DNA from: Acutalibacteraceae bacterium
GTDB taxonomy: Bacteria; Bacteroidota; Bacteroidia; Bacteroidales; UBA932
NCBI GenBank assembly: GCA_963636275.1
Contig: CAVHJF010000004.1
Location: 31,802 to 95,801 of the forward strand
Length of the DNA: 64,000 bases
Reading direction: 5' to 3'
How positions within the stretch are numbered: position 1 is the stretch's first letter; every line of letters begins with the position of its first letter. The notes under the pieces are model-generated. The model was not told the origin of the DNA. It worked only from the letters and a program-made list of their open reading frames with translations, and ran no database searches. Positions 39,275 through 49,397 of the stretch are shown here, one piece after another. The translations under genes were made by a program, and so were the position numbers.

Positions 39275-41948
39275 ATTTAAATTTGGCCTCATCGAAGCCA
39301 TTTTCATTATAGTCGTGATGGCTGTCTCATTTTCAGGTTGCGGAGATACATACTTGGACAAAATGTGGAAAAGTAATGTTGAACATGAGGAAGCTATAGC
39401 TTGCGATTCTGAACGTATTGCTTGGCTACAGGCTAAATGTGATACCATAAACAGAAATATAAAATCGATGAGGACCTTGGTCGATGCTCTATATGATAAT
39501 GATTATGTAATATCTGTCAATCAGTCCAAAACTGGTTATCGAATAGTATTTCGAAAAGGCGGGAGTGTTGAAATATTCAATGGAAAAGAAGGAAAAGACG
39601 GAAATGATGGCATAGATGGAACATCAGGGCTTGACGGTGAAAACGGTAAAGACGGTGAAGATGGAAAAAATGGAATTGATGGTGAAGATGCTTCTGTGCC
39701 GGTAATATCAATAAAACAAGCTGAGGATAATCAATGGTATTGGACGCTTGATGGGGAGCTTATTACGGATTCAGAGGGTAAATTGATACCGGTGTATGGC
39801 GAAAATGCTGTTATACCCCAGTTACGTTTGGCCCTTGGTAGGTGGCAGATATCTTACGACGAAGGTGAAAATTGGTATGATGCCGGTCAGGCCGATGGGA
39901 TGAATGGAGATAACTTGTTTGCAGAGATATATACTACAGATACACAAGTTGTATTTAATTTTTCAGATGGAACTTCATTTACTTTTCCTAGGTGGAACGG
40001 CTTGGAAATTTCTTTGGATATTGACGGTGGTGAGACTGGCGTGGAACCGTGCAAGGAGATTCAAATAAATTATCAACTTAATTATTCTTCAGATACATCT
40101 GTCGTGACGGCTGAATCTGACGGCAACTACCGTGTGCGGATACAAAAAAAAGACAACCGGTCGGGTGTCATAGTCATTTCAAGTCCTAAATATTATGAAG
40201 ATGGGCATATTACTATAATTGCTTCTGATGGAAGCGGTTATGTTGCTACTAAGGTGGTGAATTTTTATAAACGTGAGATATCAATCTCTTGTTTGGACTA
40301 TACTATTCCTCCGCAAGGTGGTTCTGTATCAATACCACTGTCGACTAACTTTGAATATGTCCTAAATTTTCAAGATTCAGAGGTAGCGTGGCTTAAATAT
40401 CAGGTTAAGCCTATGGCTGTGAGAAGGAATGACAGTATAGAACTTAGCGCTGAAATGAATAAAGCATTTAATGAGCGCAATGCGGTTCTAGAATTATATG
40501 CAAAGAATGATCCGTCTCGTCCCCTTAAACAAATTAATGTTAGACAGTCTTCTGCGGTTTGGCGTTTAGAACGTAATAGATATATGCTTAATGCCGATGC
40601 TTGTAACTTAAGTACTTCCGCGGAATCAACTTCAGGACTTAAGATAACATGTGATGCTAGTTGGCTGAAAGTGATAAGTGATACCCCTGATAATATACAC
40701 TATTCTTTGAATCTTGCAGTTGAAGCCAATTCGTCAGGAAACCGAAGAAGTGCTGAGGTTGAGTTTAGTACTTCGGATGGGAAAGATAAACTTGGTGTGA
40801 TGACTATAACGCAAATCGCAGAAGGAGAGGAGAATCCGGATAATATGATTTTTCGCGTACGCGCTTATGGCTTGAATAAATATACGTGCGTTTTGCCTTT
40901 GTCAGGTGTCGTGAATTGCTCCGTGGACTGGGGAGATGGCTCCGAAATAGAATATTTCACTTCGGAATATCCTTCTCATAAATATCAGGAAGAAGTAAAA
41001 GAGTATGTCGTTAAAGTGTCAGGGACGTGTAGGAAATTATATTCTTCATCAAAAATAAATCCAAGTATAGTGGAAGTGATACAGTGGGGGAACACCGGTT
41101 TGGAAAATATGAATGGAGCTTTTGAGAATGATTATTTACTGGTTGATCTCCCAGGAGATGTTTCCGGAGCATTCTCTAATGTTAAAAATTTCGATAGCAT
41201 GCTCAGGGGCTGTCATTCTCTGAAATCCGTATCTGAAGATTTATTCGTTTCTGGGACATCCGCTCTGAGTCTTAGATGTGTGTTCAGTCAATGCAATTCC
41301 CTAATCAGTGTGCCGGAAGGAATATTTCGGAATTGTGTGAATGTGACAGATATGTCTGCGATTTTTGAAGGAACTGGAATTGTCGAAATATCTGAGGATG
41401 TCCTTAGTCGTTGCAGTAAACTGGAAAATGTTACCAATATGTTCAAAGATTGTCATTATTTGAAAAATATACCACAGGAATTATTTTGGGCCTGTCCGGG
41501 AATTAAAGAAATTGGCGGATTGTTCCAAAATTGTATCAGTTTGGAGGAGATTCCGGAAAAGTTTTTTTGTGTAAATACGAAAGTGACGTCGATGGTTTCT
41601 ACTTTCGCCGGTTGTACTTCGCTCAAGTCTTTGCCTTCTGATTTATTGTCTTATTTCCCTGATTTAAAAGACTTTTGGCAAACGTTTCTATACTGTACAT
41701 CACTTGAAACTTTGCCTCAATCATTGTTTGATAACAATAAGAAAATTCAGAGTTCCCAGGAAATGTTTTTCTTTTGCGGTATCGGTGGTGAATCTCCGTA
41801 TACTGTCGTAGATGGTAAAAAGATTCATTTATATGAAAGGTGGATGTACCCAGATTTGTTCTATCCTATACTACGCCCCTATAACAGAGCGTTTACCGGG
41901 AATAATTTTATAGACCAGAATAATATGCCAGATAACTGGAAAAACTGA
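39255..41948 (+). CDS. Surface lipoprotein: coiled coil, DUF4988/PL29-N-like domain with collagen-like repeat, BACON domains, LRR (BspA/DUF285-like) tip
   Basis: Lipobox FSGC; GKDG/G.DG triplets; WYWTLDG, WQISYDEG..W; VDWGDG; repeated F..C.SL..IP..LF. Confidence 0.8.
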   Translation: MTRYFNKFKFGLIEAIFIIVVMAVSFSGCGDTYLDKMWKSNVEHEEAIACDSERIAWLQAKCDTINRNIKSMRTLVDALYDNDYVISVNQSKTGYRIVFRKGGSVEIFNGKEGKDGNDGIDGTSGLDGENGKDGEDGKNGIDGEDASVPVISIKQAEDNQWYWTLDGELITDSEGKLIPVYGENAVIPQLRLALGRWQISYDEGENWYDAGQADGMNGDNLFAEIYTTDTQVVFNFSDGTSFTFPRWNGLEISLDIDGGETGVEPCKEIQINYQLNYSSDTSVVTAESDGNYRVRIQKKDNRSGVIVISSPKYYEDGHITIIASDGSGYVATKVVNFYKREISISCLDYTIPPQGGSVSIPLSTNFEYVLNFQDSEVAWLKYQVKPMAVRRNDSIELSAEMNKAFNERNAVLELYAKNDPSRPLKQINVRQSSAVWRLERNRYMLNADACNLSTSAESTSGLKITCDASWLKVISDTPDNIHYSLNLAVEANSSGNRRSAEVEFSTSDGKDKLGVMTITQIAEGEENPDNMIFRVRAYGLNKYTCVLPLSGVVNCSVDWGDGSEIEYFTSEYPSHKYQEEVKEYVVKVSGTCRKLYSSSKINPSIVEVIQWGNTGLENMNGAFENDYLLVDLPGDVSGAFSNVKNFDSMLRGCHSLKSVSEDLFVSGTSALSLRCVFSQCNSLISVPEGIFRNCVNVTDMSAIFEGTGIVEISEDVLSRCSKLENVTNMFKDCHYLKNIPQELFWACPGIKEIGGLFQNCISLEEIPEKFFCVNTKVTSMVSTFAGCTSLKSLPSDLLSYFPDLKDFWQTFLYCTSLETLPQSLFDNNKKIQSSQEMFFFCGIGGESPYTVVDGKKIHLYERWMYPDLFYPILRPYNRAFTGNNFIDQNNMPDNWKN

Positions 41949-44464
41949 TGAAAAAGATGAGAAAGATATTTTGCATTATCATTTTGCTGACAACATTGAC
42001 CGGTTGTACAGATAAAGTTATCAATGAGATAAATAGCTCTAACCAGGTCATAGAAGATAAAATCAACGAAAATGCTGAAAAAATTGCAGCGCTAGAGGAT
42101 TTGTGCTCTGTACTGAATGCAAACATTTCATCTCTTAAGGTTCTGCTAGATGCGGCTCAGGGTGAAGACTGGGTTAAAAATGTAACTCCTATAACGGATT
42201 CGGAAGGCTCTGTTCTAGGGTATATGCTGGATTTTGCAAAAAGTGGGGTTATTACTATATACAATGGTAAGAATGGACGGGATGGAAGTGATGGAAAAGA
42301 TGGGGCTGATGGAAAGGATGGGCAAAATGGGCAAGATGGTCAGGATGGAAAAGATGGAGCTGACGGAAAGGATGGTTATACCCCAAAACTGGAAATTCGA
42401 AAGGATGTAGATGGCCAGTACTATTGGGTTTTGGATAATGATTGGATGTATGATTCTGATGGTGAAAGAATTCCAGCTCTTGGTGTGGCCGGAACAACTC
42501 CGCAGCTCCGTATAGTAGAGGGATATTGGGAGGTCTCATATGATAATGGTGTTACCTGGAATCAGTTGGGGCGAGCTACTGGAACAGATGGTACTTCTTT
42601 TTTTAGCGCCGTGAATGTCTCTGATGAAGGTTTATATCTGACTTTGGCAGATGGTACATTATTGACATTCCCAAAATATCAGCAACCAGAGATCATGCTC
42701 AGCGTGTGCGACGACAGTGTAGGAGCCTATTCGGGTATAGAGGTTAATATCAACTATGAACTGAAATATAAATCGTCCGGAGTATCTGTTACTGCGAGTT
42801 CAGATGGAAATTATTCTGTGAAAGTCGTAAAGAATGATGAAAATTCAGGAAAGTTTGTAATTACGCCTCCAACCAAATATGTTGATGGCTATGTGAATAT
42901 CCTAGTGACTGATACTTATGGCTTTTCTTTGCTGAAAGTTATTAATTTCCACGAAAATATAATTTCCTTTCCGGAAGGACTGGAATATAGTATTTCACAG
43001 GATGGAGGAAAATTGACCATACCGCTATCAATGAATTTTGATACTGATATTTGTCTTGATTCTGATTGGCTTGTGATGGTACCGATAACAAAATCAGTGC
43101 TTAGAGATTCTTCGATTGTAGTGAATGCGTCAAAAAACGAAACCTTCGGCAGTAGAAAGGCTGTCATAAATGTCTATTCTAAGACTAATAACTATCAGCC
43201 ATATGCGGAGATAATCGTAAATCAAGCATCGGCAAGTTTCTCTATCAGTCAGACAAAATTTGCTTTGCCTTATCTTGAATCATCCGAGGAAGTCGAGGTG
43301 TATTCCACAATAGGATTGAATATTGCGGTTAATCAGGGAAGTGAGTGGCTTAAGATAGATTCTCTGAAAAATCGATATAACTATACCTTGACAATCTCTG
43401 CATTGAAAAACGATACTGGAAAGAATAGGAATGGAATAATAGAGTTATATTCGGATAAGAATGAGCATTTGGGTTCAATCCAGGTTATTCAGATGTCTGA
43501 AAACTCTGATTCTCCTGATGATATGGTGTTTACAGTCAGGGCTAATGTTCCCAATGATTTTATAGTAGAACTTCCGCTTGATGGACAAATCGACGCTTAT
43601 GTAAATTGGGGAGATGGTAGTGTGGATTATTATGATTCGAAACCGGTGATACATAAATACGATACTGCAGTCCCTGCTTCTTATGTCGTGGAAATATCCG
43701 GTAAAGTTACTGCTCTTAATTCGGAACGCATTTATGCTCCATCTATTGTTGAGGTTAACCAATGGGGAAAGACTGGGCTGAAGTCTTTACGCTACGCTTT
43801 CATTAATAACTCTTTATTGACAAAGGTGTCGTGTTGTGAAAATGATGATCTTTCTTCAGTTACAGATGCTTATGCGGTTTTTGCGTCCTGTTACAACTTG
43901 AGAGAAGTTACCGGAAGCATTTTTGCTGGATTGTCGAATTTGAAAGAACTGTCAAGAGCTTTCGCAGATTGCCAATCATTGGAATATATTCCTGAAAACC
44001 TTCTTAAGGGGTGTGTTTCTGTCGAAAATGTGGAGTATATGTTTCAGAATTGCCTTTCAATAACTTCTATCCCTTCCGGATTGTTTAGAGATTGTCCGTA
44101 TTTACAGCAAGGGCGCTCATTGTTTGAGAATTGTTCAGCTATAAAGGAACTGCCTGCAGAGTTGTTTGAATATAATGAGGGACTACAAAATTTAAATTAC
44201 GCCTTTCATAAATGTGCATCATTGGAATATGTGCCGGTTGAAATTTTTGATCATAATAGAAAAATTAATGCAATCGTTGATATTTTATCTCACTGTTATA
44301 AGGTTAGTGGCGAGTCTCCCTATTCACTCATTGATGGAGTTAAGGTTCATTTGTATGAACGGAATCAATTTATAGACTATTTCTCTTACATAAGTGAGTA
44401 TACGGCGGCATTTAGCAGATCGCCATTTGACGATTACGATCAAATCCCAAGTTTATATAAATAA
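41948..44464 (+). CDS. Paralogous surface lipoprotein: coiled coil, DUF4988-like/collagen-like, BACON, LRR tip
   Basis: Lipobox LTGC; GKNGRDGSDGKDGADG...; WEVSYDNG.TW; VNWGDG; LRR repeats; GESPY..DG.K.HLYER shared with previous gene. Confidence 0.8.
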   Translation: MKKMRKIFCIIILLTTLTGCTDKVINEINSSNQVIEDKINENAEKIAALEDLCSVLNANISSLKVLLDAAQGEDWVKNVTPITDSEGSVLGYMLDFAKSGVITIYNGKNGRDGSDGKDGADGKDGQNGQDGQDGKDGADGKDGYTPKLEIRKDVDGQYYWVLDNDWMYDSDGERIPALGVAGTTPQLRIVEGYWEVSYDNGVTWNQLGRATGTDGTSFFSAVNVSDEGLYLTLADGTLLTFPKYQQPEIMLSVCDDSVGAYSGIEVNINYELKYKSSGVSVTASSDGNYSVKVVKNDENSGKFVITPPTKYVDGYVNILVTDTYGFSLLKVINFHENIISFPEGLEYSISQDGGKLTIPLSMNFDTDICLDSDWLVMVPITKSVLRDSSIVVNASKNETFGSRKAVINVYSKTNNYQPYAEIIVNQASASFSISQTKFALPYLESSEEVEVYSTIGLNIAVNQGSEWLKIDSLKNRYNYTLTISALKNDTGKNRNGIIELYSDKNEHLGSIQVIQMSENSDSPDDMVFTVRANVPNDFIVELPLDGQIDAYVNWGDGSVDYYDSKPVIHKYDTAVPASYVVEISGKVTALNSERIYAPSIVEVNQWGKTGLKSLRYAFINNSLLTKVSCCENDDLSSVTDAYAVFASCYNLREVTGSIFAGLSNLKELSRAFADCQSLEYIPENLLKGCVSVENVEYMFQNCLSITSIPSGLFRDCPYLQQGRSLFENCSAIKELPAELFEYNEGLQNLNYAFHKCASLEYVPVEIFDHNRKINAIVDILSHCYKVSGESPYSLIDGVKVHLYERNQFIDYFSYISEYTAAFSRSPFDDYDQIPSLYK

Positions 44465-44480
44465 AAACTAACCAGAAGAT

Positions 44481-46757
44481 ATGATTAATAGTACGTTTAG
44501 AATATTGAGTTTAGCAATCGTTTTATCGATTGCTTTTGCTCCATCGTGTAAGAGGCATGATAGGGATATCGAAAAAATAAATAAACGAATCGATCTTATA
44601 GAAAATGCTCAGATAAAAACACTTGATCAGCAGGTAGCTGCGATAAATAAGTCGCTGCCTCAGTTGAGAAATACGGATGAAGAACTTAAGAATTATATCA
44701 CGAGATTGCAAGAGACTGCCATTGAATTGCAATCGTCCATCTTGGAAACAGATGAGAAGATAAATACGGTGAATCAAGCACTGGAGAAGGCAATTAACGA
44801 TGCGAAATCTGACGATGCCGCGCTAAGAGAAGAATTGATATCATCTCTTAATACTGTAAAATCAGAGATTCTGTCTCAACTAAATGCGGCAAAGTATGAT
44901 ATGCAGGCGCAATTGGATGGAATTAATGTAACAATAGATGCTCTCAATCTAAAATATGAAGAATTGGACGATAAGATAGGTGAATTGAAAAACTGGACGA
45001 GCGTTGAAATTCAAGAAACTAAGGATTGGGCATCCGCTACATTTGCTACCTTGGAACAATATGATTCCATTACCTCAGATCTCTCTGTGATAAAGCAGAA
45101 TATAGAAAGTCTTTATAATTCAATATCTGCGTTGGAAATAAAATTCAAAGAAGATATTACAAAAGAATTAGAGACGGCGATGGCTACTTTCAAAGAGCAG
45201 ATCTCCTCTGATATCCTTAATGATGTGACTACTTCATATTTATCTGCAATAAATACAGCAAAATCGGAAATTACTGAGGCGTATAAATCGGAAATAATGT
45301 CTTCAATACAGGCTTCCGAAGCTTCGATGAAGGATTGGGTAAACACAGAATTAACAGGTTATTATACAATAAGTGAAACGGATTCTAAATTGTTGTTACA
45401 GAAGCAGGCGTTGGAGTCTGAATTGATTTCACAAAAAGCATATTTGGAGGGGTTGTTGAAAAATCTCTCAGACAGTACATCTTCTGGAATAGAGGAAAAT
45501 ACAGAAATGATAACATCAATAAAACTTGCCCTGTCTTCTATTGAAGAGATTCAGAAAACTAATGAAGCAGAGATCTCCGCTTTGAAAGAAAATTTGAAGG
45601 AATTAAAAGCGGATATGTCAGACGCATATAAAAAAGCAATAGAGTCTGCTGTCTTAGAATTGGATGGTAAATTTACAGATGATATTAAAAATGAAATTGC
45701 CACCGTAAATAATCGCATTGATACGGAAGTTGCTGCAATACAACAAAAGCTAAATGCGCTGGAGACGAGGATGAGCATTTTGGAGGGTGATGTTACATCG
45801 ATAAAGTCAGAGTTGAATTCAATTATAGAAGAATTGAATTCTATGAAAGAAACGTTGTCAAAGATAGTTTCAAGTATAATTTCGGTATCCCATGTTCCGA
45901 CATTTTGTGATGGTGAGGAGATAGTTCCATATACGTACTCTAGTGATGGAAGTACTCCGATTTCGGAGAATTTTACTGTACGTTTTGAGGTCTCACCAGC
46001 GAGTGTGGCCGATGATATTGTATCAGTGTGGGAAGCAGCAATTTCCGTAAAAGGAGTATATACCAAGATGAGTCTGAGCAGTGTTGGAGATTTTATTAGT
46101 ATTAATGTGATATCCGTAGCGGCAAAGGAGGGCGTTTTATCTGTGGTCATGTCAGGAGAAGGTATTGATAATGAATTCTTTGACGAGGAAACAATGTCAC
46201 TTAATATTCGTTTGAAAATTTCTAGCGGATCAAATGAAGCATTGTCGGAATATGTCAAATTGAAACCATATCAAAGTGGTGCTGATTATTTTGATAAAAA
46301 TGGAGCCTATATAGGCAAGACCATTGATATAGATGGTCTGACATGGGCTCCTATGAATGCAGGTGCGAGTGAATGCAATATATATGGGGAGCTTTATAAT
46401 TTTAGTGATGCTGGTGACGTGTGTCCTACAGGTTGGCGGCTTCCTTCAAAAAGTGAATTGGCATCATTATCTAAGAATTATTCAGCAACATCCCTTAAAG
46501 GGATTTTTGGCTTTAATTTTTATGGAAGTAACACCGCTTCTACAACGAGTGCATCTGTGTTCTTTCCGGCTGCTGGCGAATATGTGACGAGCGGTCTTAT
46601 TGATAAAGGTGAGCGCGGCTACTATTGGTCGTCGGATTTAGTTGCGAATTCAAGTCCGGAAAGTGCTTATGGTTTGACTTTCTACTCTGATAAAGTCGGG
46701 AATTTGGTGGCAAATGTTTCTATTAAGAATTCAGTGAGATGTTGTAAAGGAGAATAA
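44481..46757 (+). CDS. Surface lipoprotein with very long coiled-coil stalk and FISUMP/C-type-lectin-like tip
   Basis: Lipobox APSC; about 430 aa heptad-rich region; WAPMN.GA..YG.LY..CPTGWRLPS..E..FFPAAG..GYYWSS..SVRC. Confidence 0.8.
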   Translation: MINSTFRILSLAIVLSIAFAPSCKRHDRDIEKINKRIDLIENAQIKTLDQQVAAINKSLPQLRNTDEELKNYITRLQETAIELQSSILETDEKINTVNQALEKAINDAKSDDAALREELISSLNTVKSEILSQLNAAKYDMQAQLDGINVTIDALNLKYEELDDKIGELKNWTSVEIQETKDWASATFATLEQYDSITSDLSVIKQNIESLYNSISALEIKFKEDITKELETAMATFKEQISSDILNDVTTSYLSAINTAKSEITEAYKSEIMSSIQASEASMKDWVNTELTGYYTISETDSKLLLQKQALESELISQKAYLEGLLKNLSDSTSSGIEENTEMITSIKLALSSIEEIQKTNEAEISALKENLKELKADMSDAYKKAIESAVLELDGKFTDDIKNEIATVNNRIDTEVAAIQQKLNALETRMSILEGDVTSIKSELNSIIEELNSMKETLSKIVSSIISVSHVPTFCDGEEIVPYTYSSDGSTPISENFTVRFEVSPASVADDIVSVWEAAISVKGVYTKMSLSSVGDFISINVISVAAKEGVLSVVMSGEGIDNEFFDEETMSLNIRLKISSGSNEALSEYVKLKPYQSGADYFDKNGAYIGKTIDIDGLTWAPMNAGASECNIYGELYNFSDAGDVCPTGWRLPSKSELASLSKNYSATSLKGIFGFNFYGSNTASTTSASVFFPAAGEYVTSGLIDKGERGYYWSSDLVANSSPESAYGLTFYSDKVGNLVANVSIKNSVRCCKGE

Positions 46758-46948
46758 AAATCTTAAACGATTATCGGAGAGAATGACTAAGTTGACGCTG
46801 ATGGTAAGAATTGGGGAGCTGCTGTGAAAATAGGGAGCATAAATGAGGAATTTGCACATTATTTGCAATTCGTTGAAAGAAAAATGCTACCTTCGCAAAC
46901 GGGTCTGCATCCCTTATGAAGAGGATTATAAAAAAGGAGAAACGAATT

Positions 46949-47110
46949 ATGGCAAAGCCTATCAAAGAAACGCCCGTCCTGTACGACGAGGATGCCTACC
47001 GCTTCGAAATGGCGGCTCACAATGTCGTTCCCCTTTCTGAAGAGAAACGGGAAGCTATCTTCCGCAACTACGAAGAAGTCCGTAGTTGGTGTGCTGCAGA
47101 TGTATTATGA
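46949..47110 (+). CDS. Small putative antitoxin
   Basis: 53 aa (MAKPIKETPVLYDEDAYRFE...), AAAGGAG upstream, ATGA overlap with GNAT gene. Confidence 0.65.
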   Translation: MAKPIKETPVLYDEDAYRFEMAAHNVVPLSEEKREAIFRNYEEVRSWCAADVL

Positions 47111-47652
47111 ACCTTAAACTGAGGAAATTCCGTCCCGGAGTTGATACCACAAAGCCGTTCGACTGCTCCGATGCAGACTTGAACGGTTTTTTGGTTGAAG
47201 TCTCAACAGGGACACCGAACGCCACTTTCTTTGCCGAGGAACTTCTTGCCGTCACTTATGTCTTGGAAGACACGGACACAGGAGATATTGCCGCCTATTT
47301 CAGTCTTCTGAACGACAAAGTGGACCGGGACTTCGCTGACCCTACCATTTGGAATAACCTCTCCAGAAAGATTCCCAATGCCAAACGCCGTTCTTCTTAT
47401 CCTGCGGTGAAGATTGGCCGCCTGGCTGTCAGCGCATCGATGAAAGGTCAGGACATCGGAACAAAAATCATCAACTATGTCCAGACCCGCTGCATATCCA
47501 ATCCCTCAACCGGCTGCCGCTTTATCACCGTTGATGCATATCGCTCCGCCGTCGGATTCTACCAGAAGTGTGATTTCAAGTTTCTTGTCAAGCCGGAGCC
47601 GGAGGACGAGACGGTATTGATGTTCTTTGACTTGAAGAGCTTGCTTAAATAG
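47107..47652 (+). CDS. GNAT acetyltransferase, AtaT/TacT-like putative toxin
   Basis: FDC.D.DLN.FL, PAVKIGRLAV....GQ.IG, FITVDAY..AV.FY.K..F. Confidence 0.8.
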   Translation: MNLKLRKFRPGVDTTKPFDCSDADLNGFLVEVSTGTPNATFFAEELLAVTYVLEDTDTGDIAAYFSLLNDKVDRDFADPTIWNNLSRKIPNAKRRSSYPAVKIGRLAVSASMKGQDIGTKIINYVQTRCISNPSTGCRFITVDAYRSAVGFYQKCDFKFLVKPEPEDETVLMFFDLKSLLK

Positions 47653-47885
47653 CTAAATGGCTCACAATTGGCTCATTTATAAAGAACAGCGCCAAGTCCT
47701 ATCGCCCCGGCGCTGAGAATGCGAATTAACGCTGATTTTTTGCCTTCGCTTCTACCTCCGATAACAACTCGCATGCGATAAAAGCTATAAGCGGGCGGGG
47801 TGGACTAGTGCCAGCCGTGTCCGGCATAAGAAGGGTTGCTTTGAGTTAACCAAAGTACCTTTGTGGAGAGAGGATAAATATGTAA

Positions 47886-47925
47886 AAAAGATTCCACCGG
47901 AGAGAGTTCTCGAGTGGAATCTTTT
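47886..47925 (-). terminator. Terminator hairpin (probably bidirectional) downstream of COG0523 gene
   Basis: AAAAGATTCCAC/GTGGAATCTTTT 12-bp stem. Confidence 0.75.
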
Positions 47926-48044
47926 ACAGTTTTATGTTCAGTCTCGGGTGAAACTGATTATCAATGTCGATTTTCTGAAAAAAGCCGTTTTTGCGGATGT
48001 TCCGTACTGACTCAGACGCTTACGCTCAGAATTGGTGAAAGCCG

Positions 48045-49397
48045 TTATTTCTTGTCGTCAACGAGGCAGGCGTCGAGATCTTTGCAGATCTGTTCCTTGT
48101 CCATTTTCTGGCCGATGAAGACAATCTTCTGCATCCTGTCGCCGTAGTGGGCGTCCCAGTCTTTCATTATGGTCGGGTCTTGCCTCATCATTCTGATTAA
48201 TTCCTCTTCAGGTGCGGTTGCGAACCACTGGCCTGCTTCACGCAACATTATCTGTTTGCCGGCCTGTTCGAAAAGGCAGGACATATCGGTGTTGTTGGAG
48301 AAATAGCAAAGTCCTTTGGCTCTGATGACGCTTTTCGGGAGTTTCTTGCTGACGAACCAGTCGAATTTGTTCAGGTCGAATGCCGGCCTTCTGTAGTAAA
48401 CGAATGTTCCGATACCATATTCTTCAACTTCGCCGCCTTCGTGGTCGTGATGATGTTCGTGGTGATGGTGATGCCCGTGATGGTGTTCCTCGTCATCCTC
48501 GTCATCGTGATGGTGGTGATCGTGTTCGTCATCCCCGTCGTGGTGTCCGTCTTCCTCTTCGTGGTCGTGTTCCTCGTCGTGTTCGTGATGGTGCTCTCCA
48601 TCGTGCTCGTCGTCATCATCGTCATCGTGGTGATGATGCTCCTCCTCTTCTTCATCCTCGTGGACATCGCTCTCGATACCGCGAATCCATCCCGCGCCCT
48701 GCTCAGTCTGACGGAAATCGAAAATATTGGTATCCAGCAATTTCTCAATATCCACTTCCGCATAGTCACATTCGATTATCTGGGCCTTAGTCTGTATCTC
48801 GCGGATAATCTTCTTGATCTTGTTCAGAGATTCCGGAGAAACCTCAGACGCTTTGTTCAGCAGGACAATGTTGCAGAATTCAATCTGCTGGATGATAAGA
48901 TTTTCGATATCTTCCTCGTCCAAGTCCTTACGCTCCAAGCTTTCTCCGCAACCGAATTCATCAGCCATACGCAGCGCATCCACTACGGTCACGATGCAGT
49001 CGAGCCTCGGAGTTCCGAATTCGGTATAAACGCCGCCAATGGATTTCATAGAGCAGATTGTCTGTGCAATTGGCTCCGGCTCGCAGATTCCGCTTGCCTC
49101 AATGACAATGTAGTCGAACTTGTCCATTTTCATTATTTCGACAACCTGTTTCATCAAATCGGTCTTGAGTGTACAGCAGATACAGCCGTTCTGCAATGCT
49201 ACGAGACTGTCATCCTGCTGGCCGACAATTCCGCCCTGCTGAATCAGGGTGGCGTCTATATTGACTTCGCCTATATCATTGACAATCACTGCGAAACGTA
49301 TTCCTTTCTTGTTGGAGAGAATGCGGTTGACAAGCGTGGTCTTACCGCTTCCGAGATATCCTGTAAGCAACAGGACTGGCATTTCTTTGGTATTCAT
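48045..49397 (-). CDS. COG0523/CobW-family metallochaperone GTPase with His/Asp/Glu-rich insert
   Basis: GYLGSGKTT, GCICC, EASG, NKASE, long H/D/E tract, RAKG, IVFIG. Confidence 0.92.
   Translation of the reverse strand: MNTKEMPVLLLTGYLGSGKTTLVNRILSNKKGIRFAVIVNDIGEVNIDATLIQQGGIVGQQDDSLVALQNGCICCTLKTDLMKQVVEIMKMDKFDYIVIEASGICEPEPIAQTICSMKSIGGVYTEFGTPRLDCIVTVVDALRMADEFGCGESLERKDLDEEDIENLIIQQIEFCNIVLLNKASEVSPESLNKIKKIIREIQTKAQIIECDYAEVDIEKLLDTNIFDFRQTEQGAGWIRGIESDVHEDEEEEEHHHHDDDDDDEHDGEHHHEHDEEHDHEEEDGHHDGDDEHDHHHHDDEDDEEHHHGHHHHHEHHHDHEGGEVEEYGIGTFVYYRRPAFDLNKFDWFVSKKLPKSVIRAKGLCYFSNNTDMSCLFEQAGKQIMLREAGQWFATAPEEELIRMMRQDPTIMKDWDAHYGDRMQKIVFIGQKMDKEQICKDLDACLVDDKK

Larger units (their letters stand above)
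36414..46778. mobile_element. AT-rich acquired cassette bounded by imperfect inverted repeats; no recombinase in window
   Basis: Left TCCGATAAT-A-TTAAGATTTT (36414-36433); right reverse complement TCCGATAAT-CGT-TTAAGATTTT (46757-46778); visibly AT-richer than flanks (not computed). Confidence 0.45.
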
